This document shows, piece by piece, positions 47,131-59,137 of a stretch of 64,000 nucleotides of DNA (its first letter is position 1; every line of letters starts with the position of its first letter). A model generated the notes under the pieces. That model worked only from the letters and a program-made list of their open reading frames with translations. It was not told where the DNA came from and ran no database searches. The stretch covers positions 496,001 through 560,000 of the forward strand of contig JAYWIR010000040.1 in the NCBI GenBank assembly GCA_036172245.1, read 5' to 3'. A program made the position numbers and the translations under genes. This DNA is from Raillietiella orientalis. Lineage: Eukaryota.

Positions 47131-47485
47131 AGTCATAAGGATTCATGCAGACAGAATTTGATCGTAAATGGTATGTCGTCTCAGCTGCATTTCTTGCTTT
47201 TGAAAAATGGGCGTGTATGCTTTCTTCGGCGGTTCTTACAGTTAGTCGAACTATCTCTTGAATGATTGTGGAGAAGCTGATGCGAACGTTTGTGGGCATC
47301 TTTTTATGCTTTGAAAAATTCCTTTAGTTTGAAGTGCAATGGAGATTTTCTTTTATCCATGAAGTTTGCTGGAAGGTGAACTGATTATTCCACTTGATAT
47401 CGGCTTGTTTGCGCTCTTTCGCCTGATTGAAGAACCTCTAGGGGATGCGGAACTCCAGTCTACTGGAAGGGTGTCTTTATTACAT

Positions 47486-47570
47486 TTCTTTAGATACGGT
47501 TCGATGGACATCCATCAGGGTGCCGAATAAAAAAAAAACAAAGAACGTCTCGCTGGTTAGCAGGTCAGGA
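47486..47570 (+). repeat. Short dispersed repeat (~85 bp), second copy at 50999-51087
   Basis: TTCTTTAGATA.GGTT....GGACAT.CATCAGGGTGCCGAATA(n)CAAAGAACGTCTCGCTGGTT.GCAGGTCAGGAA in both places. Confidence 0.8.
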
Positions 47571-50357
47571 AGTTTGCAGAAGAGGTTGAAGGAAATATCC
47601 TGGATGGAGTTCGTTCTTGAATGCATCTGTGAATACCATTCCCTCTGGGACTACTTGGATTGTAAAGCTAAATCAATGCAGTTTTTCGTTGCTGCGTGCT
47701 ACAGGGATCTGCTTCTGATGCTGGAATTTCGGACGGAGAATCCATTCACATCTTGCTTATCTTGAAAAAGAGGGTTTTGAAATTAAGCGTTCGACAGATT
47801 TGGGTATCCTAAATTATCGAATGACATCCCAGGCAGCTTCCAGCATTAGAACGCGGTTGCAGATTTTTCCCGATAGTCAAGGGAAAATGGAATTCCCGAA
47901 AATCCCTTCCGATTTCCAGAGTGCTTGGCTCGTTTCGTGCCTTTTCGCTGATTTCCTGGAAAAGATCCGTCCTGATTTTAATGGCAAGACCGTGGTCTGC
48001 TTCATCCTTCTTTTGCAGCAGACCACGTCTACACGCATGCAGAGGCATCCAATTAGAACGAAGATAGTGTCAGCAACTTCTCTGGTGGGCTCCGAAGAAA
48101 AGTGCTCACCTCAGACTCCTTCTCTCTAGTCAAGACGCACGTGCATGAGCACGCCAACATCTGAGACAAGCTCGAACTCGTGATCAGAGCGTGTATTCTG
48201 GCTGCCAATCAAAAAAGTGCATCTGTTCTGTACGAGCGAGCCTTTTTTTTTTTGAATTTCCTGTTATTCTTCTAAACCGAATTCCTGTTCTCTCGATCTC
48301 CCAACCTCAGAACTTATTGCAACCCTGGATGCGGTTGCTGCTGTGCCACTGAGTATCCATCCATACAGCCATACTGCATTCATGCTTCAAGTTTTTGTCT
48401 TGGGTATGAAGCGCCCAGTATACAGAGTGGGTCATACATTCCATCAGCTTGTAGGAGAAATATCCCATTTCACCTCTCTCAAGTAATTTTTTCTTTTTTC
48501 TTCTCGTGGGTCCATGATGCACTTTTCTGTTTCGATCCCCATCGTTTTGAATTTCGTTTCGCTTGGTCCTCTTCGGTGTTTTCTGTTACACATCCCTACC
48601 CGCCGCCTTCGATTCAAGTTCTTCCTTTTCCTCGCGGATTCTTCGTCGCATTCGATTCCTGGACCTTGCTTCCGGCTATTCTACATCAATCTGCTCTTTC
48701 CTCTTTAGTTTGCATCACTTGTTAGAATGATTCCTCAGAAGGTGCAAACTGCTCTTGCAGTGGCCTGCTTTTGAGCTGGTGCACTCAACAGTCAGAGAAA
48801 CTTTGTCGGTGACACATCGGGCAAGAGAAAAAAAAAGGAACACCGACATGATTTTGTTTTTTCTTCTTCTCCTCCCTCCAGATGTAGAATTTCGTTAAGA
48901 GGTAACACCTCTTCATGGTTCTGCTCAGTTCTTAGGTGAGGCTAATGAACTTGCCACTAGGATCCCTTTTATTTGAACCACGCCAATATAGGGAATATCG
49001 AGGCGTCAGTCTCCGAGGAATCCCGGGTTGCGTAGGAATAAGACCGCATACAAAAAAAAAAAGAAAGACGACCAATGGGTTGCCATGGTGACGCAAACGG
49101 AACTGAGTGAGATTTTCCGAATCTGTTCCAAAGTGCTCTTCATACGGTGGAGGTCCAAATAAAAGCTGATCTGACAAAAGTAACCATTTCTCCGTGTAGC
49201 CGATGCTATCTTCGCTCCATGAGGCCCACCCACGATACCAGACTAGAAAGAGCGTTTGCAGTCAGTCTCGCGGCGCGTCACATCTCTTCACCTGTTAGAA
49301 GGAGACATTGTCTGTGTGTGGGTTTAAGGGTTCAGAAACATTCTCTACGAATTCTAGTGAACAAAGCAGGAGATCCCAAGAGGTCATTTTCTGTTTACTG
49401 AAACTCAAAAAACTGTAGTTCGTTTTTCCGAGGCCAGAACCTTTCGGGAGTTGATCTTCCGCCTTATAAAGATGATTGTGACGAGGGCCAGTTTAGTTTC
49501 CAGCGAAGGGCTCTGACCTTCTTTGAATGGCTCTCGTATGAATAGACATGGAGAACGGTTCGAAAAACCTCGAACACTGGAGAGCCATCGGCAAAACGAA
49601 GGTCGCGTTCAATTTCTGACAAGGTTCCTGAGAACGTCTATGAACCGTCATGGTGTGAGGGCACTCTCCTAGAAAGATGAGTTGCTGAAGAAACGCTTTG
49701 CTTACCATGAAAATGCTTAGGTTTGATTCTCGCTGAAAGAGCTCCTCGTATGTTTACCGTGACGTCATGCATTTTTTTTTGCGGAGAAGAGGTCTTGCTT
49801 TCGAGAACTGCTCTGGTTTCCACCAAGCTCCATGGCGACCTCACGGTGCGTAGCTCACCATTTTAAGAAGGAAAAAGAACCCTCAATGCGTTAGAAGTGT
49901 AGCAAACTTTAAATAAAGGCGCTTTGTTCCATGGAAACAGCGATTTTTAGGACTGTCAACGACACGAAGAATAAGACCTTGTACGTCAGGCTGCTCCGAG
50001 AATTCTCTTGGCAATGTTTTCATTCGTTTAAAGGAATCCCAGACCCAGTCAGCTTAAGTTTCTGAGTTGAACAGATTCTAGGAAAACGGACATAAGTGCT
50101 CATAATGGATCTGGGTAAGCAGATTGGGAGATTTTGCTGAGCTTGAGAGTCTGGCACGGACGCCCTGTCTGCTTTCATACATTTTTAGACTGAAGAAGAA
50201 GGAAGGAAAAATCGTGCAGGAGTTTCATCTCCATTCCCCCAGGCACCGTCGAATTACCAACTGACTGCAATCGAAATTGCTGTAACGGTTAAACTGTTTC
50301 TCCGTGTCTCTAAAAAGAATGGTATGAAATCAGTTCTTTTTCCTTGATTACTCATGA

Positions 50358-50363
50358 TTTATT
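50358..50363 (-). terminator. Polyadenylation signal AATAAA of the Gly/Tyr/Gln-rich gene
   Basis: TTTATT on the + strand, ~70 nt after the stop codon. Confidence 0.55.
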
Positions 50364-50433
50364 TTTTCAAATTTTGGGGATCTTCAGAAATTGTAGATCA
50401 GCACTTCTCTAGAGCTCATCCTTGTTTCAGTTT

Positions 50434-50662
50434 CTATGTGTATCCGCTGCCGTATGTGTATCCGTTGTTGTGTGTGTATCCATTGCTGTGTGTGTATCCA
50501 TTGCTGTGTGTGTATCCGTTGTTGTATGGAGCCGACATCCCTGGGTAATAAAACTGCTGATTGGTATGTTCTGGAGGATAATAGGAATTTCGTTGGTAAG
50601 AATAACCAGTTCCAGGATAATAGTAACTTTGAGTATATTGCGTATTCTGGCCAGAGGTCAGC
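50434..50662 (-). CDS. Gly/Tyr/Gln-rich protein, terminal exon (LTSGQNTQYTQSYYYPGTGYSYQRNSYYPPEHTNQQFYYPGMSAPYNNGYTHSNGYTHSNGYTHNNGYTYGSGYT*)
   Basis: Acceptor ttttgttttcttttcag|G CTG in phase 2, matching exon 3. TAG at 50436-50434. Same Tyr-rich YYP composition as exon 3. AATAAA ~70 nt downstream. Confidence 0.85.
50437..50526. repeat. 18-bp tandem repeat x5, coding [SN]NGYT[HY] on the minus strand
   Basis: TGTGTATCC(A/G)TTG(C/T)TGTG-type units directly visible. Confidence 0.9.
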
Positions 50663-52350
50663 CTGAAAAGAAAACAAAATGCAAGAATCAGCCAGCTCTC
50701 GGATTGTCAGCAAAAGAGATCAGTGCCGCAATTTGTCGGAGGTCTTCGCGCATGCGCGACCACACGGTCACTCGCGATCCCATGCCAAAGTCACGCTCGC
50801 TTAGAAGGCGGTCCAGAGCTGACTCTTGAGCGTTGGGCGCTCATCGAGGAACCCGTAACGAACGTGAAACCATTCTCCCATCCGAAAACTACAGGAACAT
50901 CAGGTGTTCTTTAAGCTTACTGAGATGAAGTCAGTCCAGTTTCCAGAGCATTCTTGCCGAGGAGAATCTTGAAAAAATTGCATCTGGATTGGCGCGCTTT
51001 CTTTAGATATGGTTGTAGGGACATTCATCAGGGTGCCGAATAAAAAAAAAAAACCAAAGAACGTCTCGCTGGTTGGCAGGTCAGGAAAAGACACGGAGCA
51101 AATTCTTCTCAGAAGCACTGCTGTAGTACGAAAGCCGACTATCGAGAGAAGGCAGCAACTGCTTTGCGGAAACTTCAAGGGCAGTTATGAGCAGCGTCAC
51201 CATTGCTAATGGAAATCGAAACAAGGAAGCAGTGCTTCTTATTCAGATCTTTGTCTGTGTTTGTTTTCCATCATTTTGATGGATACGAGGAGAAACTCTT
51301 GTGGAAGATTAAAGGTGGTCGCTCGAAACAACTAGCTGTTGGAAGCAATTTTTTTTTGTTCATGAGGAATTGCTGAAGCACTAGAAAGCATTGGAACGAT
51401 AATTTGGAAGGCCAAAGCAGCTGTGGAGCTGCGAGTACAAGTTGTTGCGAGTACAAGCGAGTACAGTTGAAGTCTGGTTGAAGGCTTCTTCTGATAAAAT
51501 CCGTCTTCAGGTTTCAGATGCATTCAGACTTTTGAAACTCAGTTTCTTAAACCCTGAATCGGAATCCGAGTTTGTAACCATGGCAACGCCATGTCTTCAA
51601 CACTCTACCCTATGAACGCCCGTTTTTCCTACACGGATGAAGCGCCAAAGTCTCCCGATAGAACCGGTTAGGATGGTTTTCTTGCTTCAGCTAGTCCACT
51701 TCACTGTCTCAGTTCTGATGCTAGAGCAACTGATTTCCAGTGTGATGGCCAGTTGTCAACCAGATGGCACGGCGGTCATAGTCCTCGGACCTCGGCCACT
51801 CAAAATCCAAAAATTAACGAAGATGCCAGCCTTTAGAGGCGATTTTGTTCTAGTGTTTAAATGGGGACTGGAAATTCCCCAACTTCCTGCTTATTGTCAG
51901 TGCTGCCTCCCTTGAGGAATCAATCAATCATCTTTCTCCCTACTCATATCATGAGCACCTCCATGTCACGTGCTGTTACTTTCCTGGCAATTTCGAATAC
52001 AGTGCATCTTCTACTGACCAAGAACATCCTTTAAAGACGATTCTTTTGATCGAAACGATCGTCACCAGATCGTCACCAGCTGGTGAAGGGGCAGCGCCAA
52101 CAGAAAGGATGGAAATCACAGAATCGAATGCACGTGAGAAGGAACACGAAAGGCGAGCCATGAAAATCGGTGTGCCTCCAAACGCGACAAGAAGGGCAAG
52201 AACCAGAGAAAGATTCGGAGAACCACCTGCTGTTGCCACGCTCGGACACCTGCCGTGTTTTCCTTCATCTGTGTTCGTTGAATCCCCCATGTTTACCTAA
52301 AGGCAAAAAGAAAACGCAACACGGATGCCTCAAGAATTCAAACGGTCCTC

Positions 52351-53065
52351 GTTGGCTACCGCGTGTGGCTGCGGTCTCCGCGTCACGTGATATCGAAGCG
52401 TTGCGAGTTCGATTCCCGCCCGGGGAAGGATCGACACCGAGAAATGAGCGCGTCGTAGGTTTCGAGACCCCCTCAGGATGACGCTGATTGGCCTGTAGAC
52501 TTCGAGGTGTGGCACTGGTGCTAGACGATGCAGTGTCGACTGGCCGGCATTGGAAGTCGACCCCCTGGGGTCTTCCAATGCCGGCCAGTCGGTAGGTTAG
52601 GTCCAGTTGGTAGTTTGGTCAATAGGTCTATGGTTGGGTTCCCTTCGGGGTCCCCCTCAGGAAGAGGCCCTCCATCGCGCACCGTGGAGCTGGTTGATAC
52701 CCCCCTTTGGGGGATTGCATATTCAGGGTGTTGCAGAAGCTCTCTGCTTACTTCGGAAGCGCCCTTCAGAGAAATTGGGAAACGCCCCTTCGGGACTCTT
52801 CTCAGAGGAGGAAACAAGGAAGCTCGTTGGTTCCCTCCGAAGAGGAAATTCCAGGAGCGGGTTTCCTTCGTGGTTCCCTACCGAGCGTAAGAGGCACGGA
52901 CTTTCCCTCGGAACCTTCCTGGATTCATAGGAAGGTCCCTTCGGAGTCATCCCCTAACTTGAAGAGTGACACGTACCCTCTGATGACATGGATAGAGCTT
53001 TGTGAGTTCCACCCCGAGGGAGACGAGAGGTTCTTCAGTACTTTGCGAACCAAAAAAAAAAAAAA
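52351..53065 (+). mobile_element. tRNA-headed SINE-like repeat, copy 3
   Basis: B-box GAGTTCGATTCCC at 52405-52417. Near-identical reverse complement at 55.6-56.3 kb. Ends in an A-run at 53053-53065. Confidence 0.75.
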
Positions 53066-53634
53066 CCCAAGAGATTCGAACTCGAAAACGAAGGAGAACA
53101 AGAAGAAACGAACAACCGTAGATCCCTTCTTCGGTTGTTCTCCTGGCTGGAATTTCTTGGATGTCTTTTGACTTTCGTAACATGGAGATAGGCGCGCTCC
53201 TGTCAGCGGTTCCATGCATAGTTCCGAAGACCAAACTTCGATTACAGAGGTCTCTGACCGGATGTCGAATATTCGATTCCCTGAAGGCTACCGGCTGAAG
53301 GCGGCATTTCTGAAGCCAGATGCCGTTCAAGCACCAGTCGAGAGTTCTTCTAGGTGGTTCTTGCCACATCGTGAAACGCGCGTTCCTCCAAATGTGTTGC
53401 TGCACTCTCGAGCGCTGGAGCACCGCGCTTGCAGTGAGGCCTGCATTCCAACACATGAACTCTTGCTTGAGCGACAGACCTCCTTCTGTAACAGGAAAAC
53501 CACTCCAGACGTGAGACAGGCTGAGACCTCAAGAAATTCGAGACCAATCTTTTTCCCGATTCCATCTTCCGAGCTTTCCCCTCAAATCCCTCGCCATTTT
53601 TCCCCTGTAGCTCTTCATTGAAAACGGAGCTTAC

Positions 53635-53874
53635 CCGTCGTACGTGTAGTCTAGCTGGTACTGCTGCCCTCCTCCTGAGGAGTATGGGGAACTCTGGTAG
53701 CCACTCTGGTAGCCACCTTGGTAGCCACCCTGGTAACCACCCTGGTAGCCACCCTGGTAGCCACCCTGGTAGCCACCCTGGTAGCCATGGTAGGAGGGGG
53801 GATTCCGGTATCCAGTGACACTATATGCTTGCGTGGGATAATAGTACCCTCCGCCGGTCCTGGATCCGCTCTTG
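53635..53874 (-). CDS. Gly/Tyr/Gln-rich protein, exon 3 (KSGSRTGGGYYYPTQAY...(GYQG)n...QLDYTYDG)
   Basis: Acceptor ctttttcag|C AAG, donor GAC GG|gtaagc. 240 nt, phase 2-2. Eight GYQ[G/S] units. Confidence 0.85.
53694..53787. repeat. 12-bp tandem repeat (CTGGTAGCCACC)x~8, coding GYQG on the minus strand
   Basis: Directly visible; no spacers. Confidence 0.9.
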
Positions 53875-53926
53875 CTGAAAAAGCTGAGCCAACGCAGATC
53901 GCAAGTAACCCATAGGGCCTTCTTAC

Positions 53927-53970
53927 CATCGCGCTTTCTGCACATCGTGGAAGAGTAGGAGGACAGCACA
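53927..53970 (-). CDS. Gly/Tyr/Gln-rich protein, exon 2 (CAVLLLFHDVQKARC)
   Basis: Strong polypyrimidine acceptor ttttttttctccccag|TGT, donor GATG|gtaaga. Phase 0 to 2, followed by a 52-nt intron. Confidence 0.7.
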
Positions 53971-55561
53971 CTGGGGAGAAAAAAAAGCACAAAAGAACAA
54001 GTGAAAACAGTGATGAATTGCAGGATCCGGACCGGGAAGTGCTCCAGAGCCCCCAGCGTAGGATGAGAACAAAATTGCAATGAGCATCCCGAGTCACTCA
54101 TTAGAGTCTTTGGGGTTGCTATAGAAAAGAAATTTCGGTCACAGCCTCGAGGATCAAACGAAGCATTCATCATCATCCACTAAGTTTCGCATGCACTGGT
54201 TATGACCAAGACATCTGGCGCTCCTAGTGTCGGTTGCCGAAGCAGCACATTATGTTACCACGCGAGTCACATTACATGGCATTAAGAAGGCACTCATCTC
54301 CACGTGGATTGGTGTCTTCTCAACGAAACTGCTTCACACAGCCAGCTTGGGGCCCCGAAGTGTTGTGCCACGTGAGCTCAGATTTCGAAGTGGCCGTCGC
54401 CCACCCTCCAGGATTGCGCAGGCGAGTGGCGCGCCGGGAGGGCCGCTTCCCAGTTTTCCGACGCGGGACCGGAGCGGCGAAAGAGCGCCCGCGGTCGCCG
54501 CGCCGACCCGGCTGCGAAGACCACACGCGTTTGCGCGCGGACACGCCAGAACGCAGCGCGGGGAAGCTCCGTTATTCCTGGAAGGACCCTGCAAGCGCTA
54601 CTCCCAGTTCCGGCTGCTCCAACGCGCCCAAGAGCCGCGCAAGTGCCGAAAAATGGTTGCCGTCAGCCAACCAGCCCTTCCTTTCCTTTTTCTTCTTCAC
54701 TTTTCCTAAAAGCGAAGGCGGTTATCCATCCATTTGAAAGGAAATTCTTGCAGCTTCATTTTCTACTAGACATCTATAGAATGCTCTCGGTGGTGAGCGC
54801 AGCGTTGTGCTTGCGCGACTGCGTTATCCGGCCTTCTGCGCTTTCCGCTCGCATCATTTACGGCTCGGATCACCCTTCAGAGATCCTCGCTGTCCACTCA
54901 GCAGTTTCGGGCTCTCGTGGAGCCCAGGGCAGCCAAGAAACCAGACTGGTTTTGAGCGGAACGTGCGCATCGCCTCCCGAGGCAGGACACCAGCCAGAAC
55001 CGACTGCCCGATTTTCCCGACAGGAAGTTCTTCGGCCTACGTTCCTATGCGATTCGCGGTGGATGAATCGAACCAAATTCCTCCGCCCTGTTCCCGGATG
55101 CCAAAGAACCCCTGCTCTCGCGTTCTAGCGGGTTCCGAACGTGAATTCCATACTCATCTCAGGAAGTCTCCACGGCAGCTCCATCACTGATTTCCACTAC
55201 GCTCTTCTGTTTCCACTTTTCCCTAATATTTTCATTTCTTTCTTTTTTTTTTTTTAAAAAAGGACAGAAGGTGGTCACTGTCTGAGCGAGGTGAGGTCGC
55301 GAATGCTTTTGCGACTGCTTTTGCGCCTTCCAAGACGCCGTTCTTGGACGGTCATCTTAGCAGCCGAGGCAGGTGAGTCGCCGTCTGCACCTCTCGGCCG
55401 GTGATTGGAGCGACAGAAGGGAACGGCTTGGGTGGTGGTGCGCCTGACGGCGCCGTTCGCGAATTTGCTCGTGGCTTCCGAGATGCCAGTGGACGAATGC
55501 ACCTGCGTCAGGACTCCGAAGGTGTAGATCTCACGCGACTCTTCCTCGTATTCCTGCTCGT

Positions 55562-56272
55562 TAAGTATTCGAGAATCGTTCGCCTCCTTAAGGAAGAAGG
55601 GGGGGAAAGTCACAAAGCTTTTTCAACACTATCCACGCCACCAGAGGGTGCATGTCACTCTTCAATTAAGGGGGGACCCCGAAGAGACCTTCTTATGAAT
55701 CCGGGAAGGTTCCGGGCGAAGGAGTCCGTGCCTCTTACGCTCGGTAGGGAACCACGAAGGGAACCCGCTCCTGGAATTTCCTCTTCGGAGGGAACCAACG
55801 AGCTTCCTTGCTTCCTCCTCTGAGAAGAGTCCCGAAGGGGCGTTTCCCAATTTCTCTGAAGAGCGCTTCCGAAGTAAGCAGAGAGCTTCTGCAACACCCT
55901 GAATATGCAATCCCCCAAAGAGGGGTATCAACCAGCTCCACGGTGCGCGATGGAGGGCCTCTTCCTGAGGGGGACCCCGAAGGGAACCTACCCATAGACC
56001 TATTGACCAAACTACCAACTGGACCTAACCTACCGACTGGCCGGCATTGGAAGACCCCAGGGGGTCGACTTCCAATGCCGGCCAGTCGACACTGCATCGT
56101 CTAGCACCAGTGCCACACCTCGAAGTCTACAGGCCAATCAGCGTCATCCTGAGGGGGTCTCGAAACCCACGACGCGCTCATTTCTCGGTGTCGATCCTTC
56201 CCCTGGCGGGAATCGAACTCGCAACGCTTTGGTATCACGTAACGCGGAGACCGCAGCCATACGGCCGCCAAC
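55562..56272 (-). mobile_element. tRNA-headed SINE-like repeat, copy 4 (inverted relative to copy 3)
   Basis: Reverse complement reads GTTGGCGGCCGTATGGCTGCGGTCTCCGCG...GAGTTCGATTCCCGCC. The ORF track gives nearly identical translations on opposite strands (52528+ vs 55735..56097-). Confidence 0.75.
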
Positions 56273-58600
56273 GTGAGCGTGTGGCTACAGTGTTCTATGG
56301 TGCAAAAGATGACTGTTTCCTCAAGAGAGGTGGAGGTGACAGCAGCCAGGAAGGAAGAGACTGCCGAATTCTTATTTGAACACGGAAACAGAGAAATTCT
56401 CTCTCTGAAGGGTTCGTAAGGAGGGCATGGTCTGTTCCACCTGCAAAAGCAATTAAGCCAGGAGATGCGGTCCATCCCTTCTCAATCTGGTAAAAGTCGG
56501 CTGTCGAAAAGCGGTTTCATGATTCCCGAGAGAACCTGAGGAAATCCCTCTCGGAGAATTTTCCCTTTTGGTTCGCACAGGATCCGGGACCTCTCAGTTT
56601 CTTTCTTTCCCTGCTTTCCGAAAATCGTCTGCCGTTCGCAGAAGACGCGCTTTTCCCTCTTCCCGAGGAGGTCACAATGGGTAAGCTTCTTCGTCGATGA
56701 GGCGAACCCTCCTGCTGATGCTCCCTTCAGTTCCGCTTCTCCTAAGCAGCGAGCCTGTCCCCAGCGAGCCAACTCTTTGGGAAATCAGCCGAATGGCAAA
56801 TGGAATTTCCCACACGCTTGGGTAAAGAGGCAGAGCCACATGAGAAGGCTCAAGGAGTCAAGAGGAGCTCTCGTGCAGCGGATGCGAACAGCTGAAAGAT
56901 CGCTGCCAGAAGGCATGAAAACTCATTGGCGGAAGTTGCGAATTTCGTCTCTTCCAACTTGGGAAGGGAGGGGCGAAACTGGGAAAGTCATTAATTGGTC
57001 CAGTGTGTGTACCTTGGATCCAGGATCGCTGGATCCACTGGGGCTCAAATCTTCAGAACTGACTCCCTCGAGCTAGTCCCCCACGACTGGCACTGGCACG
57101 GCCCCTATCCCGAATCGACTTCGTTCCGTAGTTGTCAGCAGTTCTGATGTTCAGCACAGTCACACGACGAAGGCAAAACCTCCCCAAGAAAAGTTGCGTC
57201 ACAAACATCTCCGGTGGTCCCCAAGAGTCAAATAGGCGCGCACCGGTTTCAGTAGGTTCCAGGTGAATGCAGGTTTGCGCTGGCTTTTTCTGCCGCTGGC
57301 CCGACATACATGGAAGCGCACAAAGTGTGTATAACACATCGACGGTGTTCCGATCGGATTGTCTGAAAATCGTGTCTGCTACGGGTTTCCCCTCGACGCG
57401 CAAGGTCTCCGAGTTTTCTCTTTCACAAGATCTCCCGGCTGTCATGGATGCGTGCAACATGAGTCCAGGTGTCCGCCACCGAATGCCAGAAGGTGAAACG
57501 TTCAGGAATCGCTTCCCTGAGAGTACTTTTGATCTGCTCATCCCGAAACTGCGTTTTGCTGTCCCGAAAAAGCGCTACCATTTTCGTTCCCAATCAGTCG
57601 AAACCGAGGAAGTTTTAAAAGGAATGGTAGAGCGTGGCGATAGGTACGGCTCAGCATGTAGGGAGGTAACTGGGTGATTTCTGGGGACGCCATGCTTCTC
57701 GGGAAGAAAGGCTCGTGAAGAAACCCTCATCGTTCCAGGGAAATTGAAGTCGAAGGAGGAATACGTCACATGATCGACTGAAGGTCATTCTGTTCGCATC
57801 GTCTCTGTCTCGCGAGTGTCAGTAACGAATTTCTGTAACATGAAGTGAAGTTTCCATTCCTCGAACCCCACCGGAGTCATCGGAGGATGAGAAGAGTTCA
57901 ATCACTCGACACCTCACTTCTGAATGCAGGTCGTACATTCAGAAGAACTGGAACCCAATCGGGCAAAGCTGCGGTATTACACTTCCGGTTCCCTTTGTCT
58001 GGTAAAGGGGAAACAGAAGATTAGGGATGAGCGGATTCGTCCCGAAGATGACGTCGATTTTTGTCTGGAAGCCAACGCTGTCACTCTTTGCACCCTTTTG
58101 TTCAGTCTGCCTTCTTTCCAACAGGAGTCGCACTTTCTTAAAAAGACGTGATATTTTATTTCACTAAGCCTAAGGAAACTTCACTCAGACGAAAGGAAAA
58201 GAGAAGCCATTCATGATCATCGCAGGCAGGGAGTCACTGCCGAGAATTTCGGGGACGCTGCGGGCGATGTCTTTCCCTAGCAGATGGTCGCTGCGGTGGC
58301 GGGTGCTGGAAAGGCTCTGCCGTCGCGCAAGCATGCGGACCCATGAAAGCAAACCAAAGGGAAGTAGTCAGGAAGGATGCGGGAAAAGGTCCACCCCCAC
58401 TCTGAGCTCGAGATCGATTTTCCTATTTTTGCGAACCTAGGTGTCCGCATTTGCTCATTAGCGATGATGGGGATTCGGTAAGGAAATTCCCGCGAACGGT
58501 TTCTTTATGTCCGGAGTTTGCTCGAGGGAAAGCACCTTCGATTTCCACCACTCTTTTCGCAACCCAAGCTGCTTCAAAAGAGCCGATTCAAAAAGCAAAA

Positions 58601-58621
58601 CACACACACACACACACACAC
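58601..58621. repeat. (CA)10 microsatellite
   Basis: Directly visible. Confidence 0.9.
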
Positions 58622-59025
58622 TCGTGCCGCCTCAACTTATCTGCATCTGCGCTCCTTTCATCCTCGTTATTTCCAAGGGTTCCACATCGCAAACGGACTC
58701 GAGATCGGAGACGGAAGAACGAGTTTCCTCCGAGTTTGGAGTTTCCTTCTCTTGCTGTTAGGTGCGGAAAGACAGGAGGCGCACCGGGGCGCCGGTCCCA
58801 TCTGCTCGTCCGTGGACCACCAGGGGGGGCGGGAGGGCGAGGGGAGGGGAAGCACAGCGACCTCCCATCCGAGTAGCGGACGCGCAGCCGAAATAGCAGT
58901 CGAGAAGAGCGGAAGCCGCAGACAGATCGACGGGCGCACCAGCGTTCCCCGATATGCTGCGCGCCTCCGCCTCCGAATTCGGGATAAACCCGGGAGCACC
59001 TCGATCGACAATCTTTGGCACTCAC

Positions 59026-59046
59026 CAGAAAGAAGCTCCCGATCAT
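59026..59046 (-). CDS. Secreted Gly/Tyr/Gln-rich repeat protein, coding exon 1 (MIGSFFL)
   Basis: gaccATG ATC GGG AGC TTC TTT CTG|gtgagt, a consensus donor in phase 0. TATA box ~90 nt upstream. Fuses with exon 2 into a signal-peptide-like N-terminus. Confidence 0.7.
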
Positions 59047-59129
59047 GGTCTCCCCGTTCGAGAGGTGCTGTGAGACGCCAGGCTATGGAAGCGACACTGT
59101 ATCTTTCGACCTGGGATCCTCAGCCGTGC

Positions 59130-59137
59130 TTTTTATA
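59130..59137 (-). promoter_or_regulatory. TATA box of the Gly/Tyr/Gln-rich protein gene
   Basis: cTATAAAAAg on the minus strand, 84-91 nt upstream of the ATG, with an ACAGT initiator-like motif at 59100-59096. Confidence 0.6.

Noticed and set aside
50437..50526. Short regular repeats resembling a CRISPR array (also 53694-53787)
   Set aside because: No unique spacers, unit lengths are multiples of 3, and they lie inside spliced exons of a eukaryotic gene.
53971..54176. N-terminal part of the 181-aa ORF 53631..54176
   Set aside because: Reads through a polypyrimidine tract; the spliced model gives a better signal peptide and consensus splice sites.
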